Below are positions 24,401 through 35,728 of a stretch of 64,000 nt of DNA, piece by piece; the stretch's first letter is position 1; the number at the start of each line of letters is the position of its first letter. The position numbers were made by a program, and so were the translations under genes. The stretch lies in NCBI GenBank assembly GCA_002269645.1, contig NIVC01000292.1:124001-188000 (forward strand). The letters run 5' to 3'. The DNA comes from Macrostomum lignano (lineage: Eukaryota). The notes below the pieces were generated by a model. It ran no database searches, had not been told where the DNA came from, and saw only the letters and a list, made by a program, of their open reading frames with translations.

Positions 24401-24840
24401 TCCCAGCGTCGTCTGCCACTTCCAACGCTTCCAGCGGGCAGCGCTTCCAGTTCAAAAGCCTCTCGTCGGCTCGTCGCAATCAGACAGCGGCTGCGCCGGA
24501 ATCAAATCACCTGCCGCCGCTGTTGCCGAGTCCGCTGAGTCCTCCTCTGAGGTCTCCGTCGCCCGGGCCTCCGCCGAGTCCGCTGCCACGGTCGCCTTCA
24601 CCGCCGCCACCACCGCCGGTACCAGCCGTCTCCAGCATCAGCGACTGGTCTCTGCAGGTGGAGCGAGCCCTGCTAACGTCGGGCGTGTTCCCCGTTGTTG
24701 CCAGGGACTTCGAGGTCGCCGCCCCCGCTCTGGACGGTGACAGCCTCGTGGAAGGCCAGAGCGACCTGCCCTGCGATTTTGCCGGGCTGTGGGACATGGC
24801 TGCTGATGAGGATGATGAAGAACCGATTCTGGAAGAGTAG
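9448..24840 (+). CDS. HFM1: HFM1/Mer3 meiotic Ski2-like DExH helicase with Sec63 domain. Exons 9448-9475, 9622-9689, 9867-10002, 10516-10670, 11305-11385, 12822-12962, 13684-13733, 13804-13957, 17452-17593, 18072-18173, 18571-18716, 19251-19298, 19395-19441, 20250-20383, 21072-21652, 21891-22509, 22592-24840 (4881 nt, about 1626 aa)
   Basis: The spliced frame is consistent in phase across all 17 exons. Motifs: FNSMQAK, SAPTGSGKT, SPLKALCEE, TTPEKWD, DE|VH, SATAPN, FKFDMNLNY, FCISRKS, GVAFHHAG, TSTLAMGVNLPAHLV, QMIGRAGRPQFD, SLHHHLTEYLNAEI, ARLWENS..SRQLPGIG. A single helicase cassette favours HFM1 over Brr2/ASCC3. The exact start and the weak AAG acceptors at 9866 and 21071 are less certain. 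Confidence 0.9.
9476..9621 (+). other. U12-type (minor spliceosome) AT-AC intron in HFM1
   Basis: 5' splice site ATATCCTTTT (9476), branch site TTCCTTAAC (9591-9599), 3' splice site CAC (9619-9621). Splicing joins G|CT in frame to give MTHQVADLIASEYQKVFGFNEFNSMQAK. Confidence 0.88.
10090..10392. repeat. About 30-33-nt minisatellite (CCCAGACCCTCAGACAGGACCTCCTCCAACATCCT) in HFM1 intron 3
   Basis: Tandem degenerate units are directly visible. Confidence 0.85.
10775..11210. repeat. About 28-nt minisatellite (GGGAAATGAAGTTAGGGAGAGTGACATT) in HFM1 intron 4
   Basis: Tandem degenerate units. Confidence 0.9.
11483..12782. repeat. 21-nt minisatellite (AGATTCCAATGTAAGCCTGTC) with 296-nt higher-order blocks in HFM1 intron 5
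   Basis: Tandem units. Variant patterns recur with a 296-nt period, e.g. near-identical ORFs at 12134 and 12430. Confidence 0.95.
13035..13555. repeat. 19-nt minisatellite (CCCAACCTGTTCCCAACTC) in HFM1 intron 6
   Basis: Tandem units. Confidence 0.95.
13952..14425. repeat. 19-nt minisatellite (CTGATTGTGAGTGATTCCC) containing the exon 8 splice donor
   Basis: The first unit overlaps the exon end ATT|GTGAGT, and most units repeat it. Confidence 0.95.
14680..15147. mobile_element. MITE/HINE-like non-autonomous element with inverted ends and an internal CCTAAACTGTAA/CCTAAACCCTAG repeat
   Basis: GACAATTTGACTGCC (14680-14694) versus GGCAGTCAATTGTC (15134-15147) as inverted termini. The interior is a 12-nt degenerate repeat. 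No TSD was identified. Confidence 0.55.
15136..15624. repeat. 17-nt satellite (CAGTCAATTGTCACTGA), about 29 perfect copies
   Basis: Homogeneous array that starts within the right inverted terminus of the preceding element. Confidence 0.97.
15990..16739 (+). CDS. Nested acidic (D/E-rich) hypothetical protein, or terminal exon, in HFM1 intron 8; start uncertain
   Basis: Non-repetitive 249-codon ORF with the same GC3-rich codon bias as the real exons (GAC/GAG/GCC). It ends ...SLYSCRPDKNVEFYRLPDI*. There is no ATG until about residue 119, so the 5' end may be spliced. Confidence 0.6.
   Translation: MPSSKSVSSHPAEIFCLNCRIKFDKLEQRQQQKQKCSRSRGGSRREAAGDDEEPLACDKFLLQRAGKYQLVEEDEDSIEDLDSDDCEADCEGDDEFVGDDGAGGGGGDGSGAFADSEIMDLCPILDQQEIAEVAKMLDLPSEEVEFPPERDDSEAEGDVETEVGAAAGATGSSASQAAKPLRRLKKKFAARRWRRRAAGVAWEAGDEESEGGAADEAEEEDDEEDKGSAESLYSCRPDKNVEFYRLPDI
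17051..17250 (+). mobile_element. tRNA-derived SINE, family A copy 1
   Basis: A-box-like GTAGCCTAGTAGTCTAG and B-box GGCTCGATTCC. It aligns with the copy at 55040-55232(-) through CTCGGCTTGGCTCT and ACATGCCTAA.GATAAA. Confidence 0.7.
17610..17995. repeat. 21-nt minisatellite (CCTAGCCGGGGTAGAGATTCC) in HFM1 intron 9
   Basis: Tandem units. Confidence 0.93.
18208..18485. repeat. 21-nt minisatellite (GAATGAGAAACTGACAGGGCG) in HFM1 intron 10
   Basis: Tandem units. Confidence 0.92.
18755..19185. repeat. About 33-nt minisatellite (AGCTAGCGGTTCACCTGAAGCGCATTGAAAGGG) in HFM1 intron 11
   Basis: Tandem units. Confidence 0.93.
19503..20200. repeat. 33-nt minisatellite switching to a shorter (about 27-nt) variant (CTCAGCATTCCCCATTGAGC...) in HFM1 intron 13
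   Basis: Tandem units. The unit length changes at about 19945. Confidence 0.95.
20444..21040. repeat. 24-nt minisatellite (GAACCGCTCCTGAACCCACAGACT) in HFM1 intron 14
   Basis: Tandem units. It explains the EPLLNPQT ORF. Confidence 0.95.
22905..24010 (+). repeat. Coding 39-nt repeats (13-aa QANLSGQPQGFNG, then NPQANLSGQLQSF) in the last HFM1 exon
   Basis: Two blocks (about 22905-23545 and 23815-24010) lie inside the open 710-aa frame. Many differences between units are synonymous or conservative. Confidence 0.85.
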
Positions 24841-25984
24841 AGTTACAGGCCTTACTAGTAAACTTTTTTAGTTAGTTTTGCTTTGAAAACAGCAGTAATG
24901 AAATTTCGCATGAAGAAAATTTTTTTGCTCATTTTTCGTTGGTAGGCCATTTTTTGGCCAGCTGTTGTGTTGCTTTTGTTTTTTGTTTTTTTGCCCGCAC
25001 TTTTTGCAGCTATTTGTTTGAGAAGTTTTGTTCTTTTTTAGTTGTGTTGCATACACACAACCATCCAGGTCTACAGCTTCATCAGTCAGTATATTATATT
25101 TTATATTATGGTTTCATTCCCTTTTTCAAAAAGACAAATAGAAGTTGCCAGATAGATGCGCATTTTAGATGTCTTGATTGGCTTTGGTGTCTCCGTTTTC
25201 CCATATTGAAAACTGATTCGCCACACTGCGTATTTTGTGTTTCTTCGCCATTTCTCTTTTGCTTCAACATCAAGTACAGGCGTGATATTATTTTTCATTT
25301 GCGCTTTTGTCTGAGCTAGAATCATCTATGCATTAGCAAAACAACTAACATGCGAGCTACATGTGGGTACCGTCTGCCGATAGGAATTGCTCAAGCACAT
25401 AGAGATCAGCTGCACTTCAATTCTCACTTCCATTTGCAGTAACTACTACATGTGTTGTACTTACAAGTACAATTATAAAATCGAAACAGGCCAGTATGGA
25501 AATAAAATAATCCCTAAGTCACAAATTAAGAAGCGATCAGCATGCACGCATATAGCTAAAGGAGGTAAACACAGCCTGTCCAACCCCCCCCCCACCCCCC
25601 TAATGACCTAGCTCATTGACGTTGCTCCTACTACACTATAACAGATACCATATATTTGAAGTATAAAAAATCTATGGAAATATGCTAGTGCTCTAGTAAA
25701 CTAACAATAACCGCAATCCAAACCGTATCTAATGTATAAAATGTACATGTAAATATCATAGAATTAATATGTTCCCGTAAGGCACGAAAGGCTAGAACTA
25801 GTTAAATAAATTTGTTAGACGATATAATTGCACTATGCAATTAGTATTGCTGATTAAATAAGTAGTCATTGACATGAGCATGTATACACGATGGTCTTAT
25901 GCACATGCATGCATTACTGTCTGTTCTACACGTTATAGTGTTGTATAAATTTTACCGGGTGCTGTGTACATATACCAGGTGGTA

Positions 25985-26909
25985 AAATAGGTCATGTACG
26001 GCAAAATCATCTTGGACTGGACAAAATTCATAGGGTACCGTCTCATATGTCGCACTATTGCAAGTTGCAGGGAACGATTTGAATTAATGAACTTCCTTGG
26101 ACCTTTTCATATTGCTTGCTCGTTCTGGTTCTAGAGCCAGATCAAATTTGTAAAGTATGCTAGTGGAGATAACTTTTGTCTCCTAAACTAGAGAGAGATA
26201 TGTGCTATAAAGTTGCAATTATTGAATGGGAATAGCCATGAAGAAAGTCAAAAAATTTTGCAAAGTAAGGCTGTTAAGGCAGTCAAACATTCAACCAAGT
26301 TAAATAGCAACACTACTGTTTTTTTCTTGGAAGATCCGAACCGATTCTGGTTCTGAAATCGGTAATATGAAAAGCCTACTTGTTGTTCAGCCTTTCTTTA
26401 GCAATGAGTTATAAGAAAAAAGAAACATTTTTGACGCTCGATTCATTGTTTAGTTTTAGATTCTGTATACATCTTAGACAGCAAAACTTGAAACGAAGAA
26501 GGTCTTTGGTACTAATCTCGTTAATACAATCGTAAAAAATACAAATGAAGTTCAGTTCTTCGATTTTCTTAGAAAGTGAAACAAAAATGGTTTGTTTGCT
26601 TCGATCGTACACCATCGTGCCTCCCTGCATGAGCCTCTGATTCTGTGGATCAACAATTCTGAATGAATGACTGAATGAGTTGAAAATCTGCGTTTTAATT
26701 CGTTGCCAGACTATTACTTCTTTTACTATTATATGTGTCAAATACAATACCAAGACAAGAGGCAAGAGCTGCTGAGCGTCTGGGGGAGGCTAGGCTTATT
26801 CATGGCGAATGAATCAATCATGGCCTTCATGGGCCTACTATACAAATATAAAGATGTGCTGCTTTATGTGCTACCTAGGTTTTATACTATCTTTTTAACT
26901 ACTCTATAG
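25985..26909 (+). pseudogene. Decayed AT-rich ORF remnant of unknown origin
   Basis: Long protein-like stretches (LDWTKFIGYRLICRTIASCRERFELMNFLGPFHIACSFWF..., ETKKVFGTNLVNTIVKNTNEVQFFDFLRK...QDKRQELLSVWGRLGLF) are broken by several stops and a frameshift. Confidence 0.3.
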
Positions 26910-28420
26910 TCAACTCTATTTGACTACTCTTTTTGGTAGTACTAATTAATAATGCCAGGTCATTATAATTTATTATGCAATATTTCTATTAGTATTAGAA
27001 ACAAACTTATTTAGCCTACTAAATAAGACAATTCTAATAGCTTAAAACTCCAAGAAATGAACTTAGATCCTAGTTTTGGTTAGTTTAGGAGTTGAAACCA
27101 TATAAATATACCCTATAACTAGACAATGTAGGCCTAGCTAGCCCTCTAAAATAAAGAATTTTTTTATTTAATTATATTTAGATACTTTTAAATAATATTA
27201 TGCAAATGATACAAGCAAAATAATTATGCCAAAATTCTTTATGGTTAACACATTTTCATTTTTTAAATTTTTATTTAATCTTTTGCTCTAGTTTGGAATT
27301 TTAGTTTGTATTTTAATTTTAATTATTAGATTTAGATTGCCACTAAAATAGCCAAACTTGCTATGCAAATACAATATTTCTATTTTTGGAAAGCCATGTT
27401 TTTTTAAATATTTCATTCATATATAATGCTCAAATAATCTTACATATTTATAGTCATTATTATTAGATTACATTGAGGATCAACTGCGATATGGTCATAT
27501 AAAAACTATGGTCACAAGGAAAAAATCATTCACAGTATTTTGCCAATCATAACTTATGAATTTCTTGAATTAAATCTTACTTTTTTAAGTCATAGAATAC
27601 CAAAAACCAAACCAAACCAAACCAAAATTGTAACAAATCAGTGCAGATATAATAAAGCCTCAAAATAAAATAGTATCAAACAAAAAACATAAAAAACAAA
27701 GCTTAAAAATAAAAAATATTATACTTAGTAGTATTAATACTAATAGTTCTGTGTTTAAATTAAAATCTATGTTATAAAAATTTCACAATCATGCATGGTT
27801 TCACATATAGTCTAGTCCCAATCATGCACAAAAAATCATGGTAAATCAATCCCTAGATTACATTTTAAAGGTATTTTAGCTTTGAAATCAATTTAATTTT
27901 GGGTCTATTATTTCAAAATTACAAAATATAAATATATAATTGTTTAGTAGAATTTTAAAATGAAACTAGGCCTAAAAATAAGGTATAATATTGATAATAA
28001 GCAAATAGTTTTTCTCTATTTAATTTGATTAGACTTTAGAATATAGATCAGACAAAATTTTGCTACTAATTTAAAGGCTTATGGTTTAAAAAGTATAAAT
28101 GTTTTTTCAAGCTAAACTAATAATTTCCCTAGATTCTAAGAATCAACATGATACATTTATTTGTGACTAAGAGGATATAAAGTGCTACTTAAAAGACCAA
28201 GAGGATATAAAGTGCTACCTAAAGGACTATAATGATAAAAGAATCATTTGAAAAATTTAGAGATATCTGTAACACTATCTATTTAATATGCAAATTGAAC
28301 TTCTTGAACTTTTAATATATAAAGAGCCTGTCAATTTAAATCAATTTATTTATAAAATAGAGCCTAAGTAATCTACTATGTATACAAATAATATATCATT
28401 CTGTTTGCAATAATACCAAA

Positions 28421-28596
28421 AAGCTAGATTTGGCAAAGTGACAAAAGTTGAACTTGGAATATGGGAGAACAAGCAAGGGGATAATTGGGAATATTATGTC
28501 AACTTAAGCTCATAAAGTTGAGTCCTAGCCTTATTATCTCTTTGTTTATTCTCCCCTATCCCATTTCCAACTTCGTCACTTTGCCAAACCTAGCTT
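28421..28596. mobile_element. Hairpin MITE-like element
   Basis: AAGCTAGATTTGGCAAAGTGAC ... GTCACTTTGCCAAACCTAGCTT: 22-bp inverted ends with one mismatch and further internal complementarity. No clear TSD. Confidence 0.6.
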
Positions 28597-28859
28597 CTTG
28601 GTGTCACTATGAACAGAATGCTCATTTTGGCATTGCAAGTACTCATTTTGGTGACGCAAACCTTATTTTAGTGCCACAGGCACTCATTTTGGCGCCATAG
28701 GTACTCATTTTGGCGTTGCAGGCATTCCTTTTGGTGCCACAGGCACTCATTTTGGTGCCCTGAAGAAAAATTATTGATTACCACAACAGGTCACAAGGTG
28801 GGGGTGGGAGGACAAAGCATTGGCATGTCCCGTCCCCCCCAACCAATTTATACTTTACT

Positions 28860-29405
28860 GGTATATGCACAACTGTCAATTGTATGACCAGTTTATATGC
28901 ACAACTGTCAATTGTATGACCAGTTTATATGCACAACTGTCAATAGTATGACCAGTTTATAGGCACAACTGTCAATAGTATGACCAGTTTATATGCACAA
29001 CTGTCAATAGTATGACCAGTTTATAGGCACAACTGTCAATTGTATGACCAGTTTATATGCACAACTGTCAATAGTATGACCAGTTTATAGGCACAACTGT
29101 CAATAGTATGACCAGTTTATAGGCACAACTGTCAATAGTATGACCAGTTTATATGCACAACTGTCAATAGTATGACCAGTTTATATGCACAACTGTCAAT
29201 AGTATGACCAGTTTATATGCACAACTGTCAATAGTATGACCAGTTTATATGCACAACTGGCAGTAGTATGACCAGTTTATATGCACAACTGTCAATAGTA
29301 TGACCAGTTTATAGGCACAACTGTCAATAGTATGACCAGTTTATATGCACAACTGTCAATAGTATGACCAGTTTATATGCACAACTGTCAATAGTATGAC
29401 CAGTT
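28860..29405. repeat. 32-nt minisatellite (TATGACCAGTTTATATGCACAACTGTCAATAG); second copy at about 34495-35040
   Basis: Tandem units upstream of the DOCK start, present in both duplicated segments. Confidence 0.95.
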
Positions 29406-30095
29406 TATCTACCAATACTGGAGTCGGCAGTCCCAAGAATCATCGATCAGACCAATGCAAGCCACATTTGCATAATCAAAACAAAGCTAAATGTTTGGCC
29501 AGTGGTTCAGTCAATTTAAATTGGCAGGCCTCCAATTCATTTCTTCCTTGATACTGCGAATTGTCTTATTAATTTCGAATTTAATGTCATTTCAAGCCGG
29601 CGCTGCACAAACTCAGCCCCAGAGGGCTAGCAAAGTTCTGCATAGGGCACAGAAATTGCGCTAACTGTGAAATTTGAGTGAAAGAGCTGAAGGGGTAGAG
29701 AAGAATGCCGCACTGTCCGTGTTTGTAATGTACATTGGCTGAGTGTACAGCCTGCATCTCTGACCCAACCCCCAATGCTATCTCCCCGCGCTGGCCACTG
29801 GCCCGCCGCCACAGCCACAGACAGACGGCAAAGCAGCGCGCAGGGGGGGGGTTAAGAGGGAATTTCAAGATAGAAAAAAGCAACTTGCCGAGCAAATTTG
29901 CGAATTTCCAGCCTCGGCTGGGCCCGGCAGTAGAAGCAGCAGCAGCAAGTGAACACCTTTGGCTTCCTGTCTAAGCCGCTTGAATTGGATTCTTGGCCCC
30001 TGCGGCGTGCATAATTGGCTTCCGGCTTGCCAGGTTTAGCAGTGCAGGGCTAATTATAATACTCGGTTTGGTTAAATAAGCCGGCCAGCCCCACC

Positions 30096-33000
30096 ATGTC
30101 CATGCCGTGGATTGGCCTCGACGGCGCTGACTCCGGCCGGCCTGTTGCTGTCGCCCTCTACAACTATTGCCCCCAGGAGCAGCAGCAGCAGCACCTCCGG
30201 CTTGTGGTTGGCGACAAGCTCGCCCTGGTCAGCCAGTACACCAACTGGTACTACGGCCACCTGTGGAGCGATTCCTCTAAGAAAGGAGTTTTCCCCAAGA
30301 GCCACGTTCGTCTCCTTGAGGCCGCCGAGCCGCACCAGCGCCGTTTCCAGAGTCCGGCGGCAGCGGGCGTCATCTCAGAGATCCAGCGGACCCTCCCCAA
30401 CTGGCTGAACTGCATCAGCCGCCAATTTGAGGACCTCCGCCGGCCGCTGCCGGACCTCGGCCAGGCCGCTGAGCTGTTCCGCGAGTTGCGCGAGATGGCG
30501 CAGCACCTGGAGTCTGTGCGCCTCACCGCGGCCGAGGCCACCCAGCAGGCGGCCGTGGCCACCAGGAAGCTGGACTCCGGCAACCAGGCCTACGGATTCG
30601 ACACCGTCATGCGCAACTCGCGCTTCGAAGAGGTCGCCAATCCATTCGAATTCTCCTTTGTCGGCGCCTTTAAACACATGGACGAGACGGCCAAGACCGT
30701 AATGATCACCCCGGCTCCCGACGCCCGCCTCACCGTCGGCGACCTCGGCTTCCAGGCCACCCCGGTCCGCTTCGAGTCCGCCTGCCCGGAGACCCTGGAG
30801 ATCACCCTCACCCTGCGCGCCTCCTACAACCGCACCCTGAAGCCCTCCGCCTGGGAGCCCGTCGCCTTTGTCTCGGAGGCCGCCGCCCGCTCCTCCGGTT
30901 GTCGAACATCCGCATCGGCGCTGTTCGGCGAGGTGCTCCGTCTGGATGGCAGCGACTTCGTGCTGGTGGCCCAGGTGGGTCGCTTGGCGCTTAATTGAAG
31001 TTTTTGTACCGCGTTTGTGGCCCCAGCATCCAGAGCCCAACATCCACAGCATCATAGAGTCCCCAGCATCACAGAGCCCAAAATTCACAGCATCACAGAG
31101 CCCCCAGCATCACAGAGTCCCCAGCATCACAGAGTCCCCAGCATCACAGAGCCCCCTGCATCACAGAGTCCCCAGCATCACAGAGTCCCCAGCATCACAG
31201 AGCCCCCTGCATCACAGAGTCCCCTGCATCACAGAGTCCCCTGCATCACTGAGCCCCTTGCATCACAGAGTCCCCTGCATCACAGAGTCCCCTGCATCAC
31301 AGAGTCCCCTGCATCACTGAGCCCCTTGCATCACAGAGTCCCCTGCATCACTGAGCCCCTTGCATCACAGAGTCCCCTGCATCACTGAGCCCCTTGCATC
31401 ACAGAGTCCCCTGCATCACAGAGTCCCCTGCATCACAGAGTCCCCAGTATCACAAAGCACTCCAAAAGTTTTTCTAAACCACCCGGTAGATTTGCCGCCA
31501 CGGCAAGCTGGACCCGCCGAAGATTACACGGCCCCTCATCGGTGGCATCATAGGCAGCGGACGCGGCGGCGGCAGTGGGCACGCCGGCGGTCCAGCGGGC
31601 AGCGGCTTATTTCGCAGGCCTTTCGCCGTGGCCACATTCGACCTGAGCCAGGTGCCGGACAGCACCGGGGAGCCGGTGACGCTCACCTCCAACCTGGTGC
31701 CCATCACCGACACTAAGGACGAGCGGCTGACGCTCGATGAACTGACGGCAAAGCGGAGCGACGAGCGGAACGGCTGTCTGGCGCTGCGCGTTCAGCGGGT
31801 GGCCTTTCGAGCCGCCACCGCTGCTGCAGCCGTGTCCGCTGACTCGGCCGATGCGCCGCCAAGCCTGGTGGTTGCCAGGCGGCTCGAACTCGGCTCCGGG
31901 CCGCGGGTGGCCGAGCAGCGCAGGAATTTGGCCTACCTGCGACTTGCCACCGCCGAACTCGAGCGGTCCAGCAACAAGCACTCGGAGCCCAATGTGGAGG
32001 TGAGCCGGGTTCGCTACTGCTTGATATGGGACTGTTTGCGGTAGGCACAGCGGTAGCCTCACTCAGCAGATTCCCTATTGCGGTAGGCACAGCGGTAGCC
32101 TCACTCAGCAGATTCCCTATTGCGGTAGGCACAGCGGTAGCCTCACTCAGCAGATTCCCTATTGCGGTAGGCACAGCGGTAGCCTCACTCAGCAGATTCC
32201 CTATTGCGGTAGGCACAGCGGTAGCCTCACTCAGCAGATTCCCTATTGCGGTAGGCACAGCGGTAGCCTCACTCAGCAGATTCCCTATTGCGGTAGGCAC
32301 AGCGGTAGCCTCACTCAGCAGATTCCCTATTGCGGTAGGCACAGCGGTAGCCTCACTCAGCAGATTCCCTATTGCGGTAGGCACAGCGGTAGCCTCACTC
32401 AGCAGATTCCCTATTGCGGTAGGCACAGCGGTAGCCTCACTCAGCAGATTCCCTATTGCGGTAGGCACAGCGGTAGCCTCACTCAGCAGTTTCCCTATTG
32501 CGGTAGCACAGCGGTAGCCTCACTCAGCAGTTTCCCTATTGCGGTAGGCACAGCGGTAGCCTCACTCAGCAGTTTCCCTATTGCGGTAGGCACAGCGGTA
32601 GCCTCACTCAGCAGATTCCCTATTGCGGTAGGCACAGCGGTAGCCTCACTCAGCAGATTCCCTATTGCGGTAGGCACAGCGGTAGCCTCACTCAGCAGAT
32701 TCCCTATTGCGGTAGGCACAGCGGTAGCCTCACTCAGCAGATTCCCTATTGCGGTAGGCACAGCGGTAGCCTCACTCAGCAGTTTCCCTATTGCGGTAGG
32801 CACAGCGGTAGCCTCACTCAGCAGTTTCCCTATTGCGGTAGGCACAGCGGTAGCCTCACTCAGCAGATTCCCTATTGCGGTAGCCACAGCGGTAGCCTCA
32901 CTCAGCAGATTCCCTATTGCGGTAGGCACAGCGGTAGCCTCACTCAGCAGTTTCCCTATTGCGGTAGGCACAGCGGTAGCCTCACTCAGCAGTTTCCCTA

Positions 33001-34010
33001 TTGCGGTAGGCACAGCGGTAGCCTCACTCAGCAGTTTCCCTATTGCGGTAGGCACAGCGGTAGTCCCCGCATTTTCCCTACTACAGCTGGCCGTCCAGGT
33101 GTGCGACAAAGCCGGTAAGCCGGTCTCCGGAGTCCTTGGCAACCACCGGCTGTCCCTGCACGGCGACCAGCGCCAGCTGCGCTCTCAGCAGAGCGGGGAC
33201 GAGTACCGCAGCGTCATCTTCTACCACAACGGCCACCCGCGCTGGGACGAGCTCATCCGCCTGCACCTGGACTCCATCATGGACAACCTGGCCAGCCATC
33301 ACGTCCGCTTCGAGATTCGGCACCGATCGTCCAAGGCGCGCGGAGACGAGCGGCCGATCGGGTACTCGGTGCTGTTCCTGCACAACACCTTCCACCAGGA
33401 GATGCTCAACGCCACGCCCTGTCTGCAGAAGGACGGCGAGTACAAGCTGACCGTGTTTGAGAAGGCGCCACTAATGACGGACAGGGATCTCACTAGACGG
33501 TATGACCAGTGCTCATCTACTCATTGTCACATCTATTAGAGCCTCATCTACCCAGTGTCTCATCTACCCAGTGTCTATCTACCCAGTGCCTCATCTACTC
33601 ATTGTCACATCTATTTAGAGCCTCATCTACCCAGTGCCTCATCTACCCAGTGCCTCATCTACCAGTGCCTCATCTACTCATTGTCACATCTATTTAGAGC
33701 CTCATCTACCCAGTGCCTCATCTACCCAGTGCCTCATGTACCCAGTACCTCATCTAGCTCACCTGCCTCATCCTCAACCCCAGCTACCTGTTGTCGCCGA
33801 CTCCCGATGACCCGAAGGCCCGGCGCAACAGCCTGACGGTGAGCCTGGGCCAGTGCAGCACGGAGCTCAGCACCAACTGGCGGGTCAGCTCGCTGCTGCA
33901 CCTCCGACTGGAAGCTGTGCAGAGGGAGCACCTGCATTTCTCTCAGGATGACCAGCGGGACGCCGCCGCGTTCTTCCCCCGCCTCCTCCGCTGCGTGCTC
34001 GGCCTCCTCC
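30096..34010 (+). other. Partial duplicate of DOCK exons 1-4, truncated at the N gap (probable assembly overlap)
   Basis: About 28567-34010 matches 34207-39647 at an offset of about 5.63 kb. Coding translations are identical and the only differences seen are 1-nt indels. Confidence 0.85.
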
Positions 34011-34206
34011 NNNNNNNNNNNNNNNNNNNNNNNNNNNNNNNNNNNNNNNNNNNNNNNNNNNNNNNNNNNNNNNNNNNNNNNNNNNNNNNNNNNNNNNNNN
34101 NNNNNNNNNNNNNNNNNNNNNNNNNNNNNNNNNNNNNNNNNNNNNNNNNNNNNNNNNNNNNNNNNNNNNNNNNNNNNNNNNNNNNNNNNNNNNNNNNNNN
34201 NNNNNN
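34011..34206. other. Assembly gap (N run)
   Basis: 196 N. Confidence 1.
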
Positions 34207-35728
34207 AACTTCGTCACTTTGCCAAACCTAGCTTCTTGTGTCACTATGAACAGAATGCTCATTTTGGCATTGCAAGTACTCATTTTGGTGACGCAAACCT
34301 TATTTTAGTGCCACAGGCACTCATTTTGGCGCCATAGGTACTCATTTTGGCGTTGCAGGCATTCCTTTTGGTGCCACAGGCACTCATTTTGGTGCCTGAA
34401 GAAAAATTATTGATTACCACAACAGGTCACAAGGTGGGGTGGGAGGACAAAGCATTGGCATGTCCCGTCCCCCCAACCAATTTATACTTTACTGGTATAT
34501 GCACAACTGTCAATTGTATGACCAGTTTATATGCACAACTGTCAATTGTATGACCAGTTTATATGCACAACTGTCAATAGTATGACCAGTTTATAGGCAC
34601 AACTGTCAATAGTATGACCAGTTTATATGCACAACTGTCAATAGTATGACCAGTTTATAGGCACAACTGTCAATTGTATGACCAGTTTATATGCACAACT
34701 GTCAATAGTATGACCAGTTTATAGGCACAACTGTCAATAGTATGACCAGTTTATAGGCACAACTGTCAATAGTATGACCAGTTTATATGCACAACTGTCA
34801 ATAGTATGACCAGTTTATATGCACAACTGTCAATAGTATGACCAGTTTATATGCACAACTGTCAATAGTATGACCAGTTTATATGCACAACTGGCAGTAG
34901 TATGACCAGTTTATATGCACAACTGTCAATAGTATGACCAGTTTATAGGCACAACTGTCAATAGTATGACCAGTTTATATGCACAACTGTCAATAGTATG
35001 ACCAGTTTATATGCACAACTGTCAATAGTATGACCAGTTTATCTACCAATACTGGAGTCGGCAGTCCCAAGAATCATCGATCAGACCAATGCAAGCCACA
35101 TTTGCATAATCAAAACAAAGCTAAATGTTTGGCCAGTGGTTCAGTCAATTTAAATTGGCAGGCCTCCAATTCATTTCTTCCTTGATACTGCGAATTGTCT
35201 TATTAATTTCGAATTTAATGTCATTTCAAGCCGGCGCTGCACAAACTCAGCCCCAGAGGGCTAGCAAAGTTCTGCATAGGGCACAGAAATTGCGCTAACT
35301 GTGAAATTTGAGTGAAAGAGCTGAAGGGGTAGAGAAGAATGCCGCACTGTCCGTGTTTGTAATGTACATTGGCTGAGTGTACAGCCTGCATCTCTGACCC
35401 AACCCCCAATGCTATCTCCCCGCGCTGGCCACTGGCCCGCCGCCACAGCCACAGACAGACGGCAAAGCAGCGCGCAGGGGGGGGTTAAGAGGGAATTTCA
35501 AGATAGAAAAAAGCAACTTGCCGAGCAAATTTGCGAATTTCCAGCCTCGGCTGGGCCCGGCAGTAGAAGCAGCAGCAGCAAGTGAACACCTTTGGCTTCC
35601 TGTCTAAGCCGCTTGAATTGGATTCTTGGCCCCTGCGGCGTGCATAATTGGCTTCCGGCTTGCCAGGTTTAGCAGTGCAGGGCTAATTATAATACTCGGT
35701 TTGGTTAAATAAGCCGGCCAGCCCCACC

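Noticed and set aside
26490-26909. TGA=Trp recoded (mitochondrial or mycoplasma-like) insert
   Set aside because: Three TGAs suggested it, but the same frame also has TAA and TAG stops just upstream.
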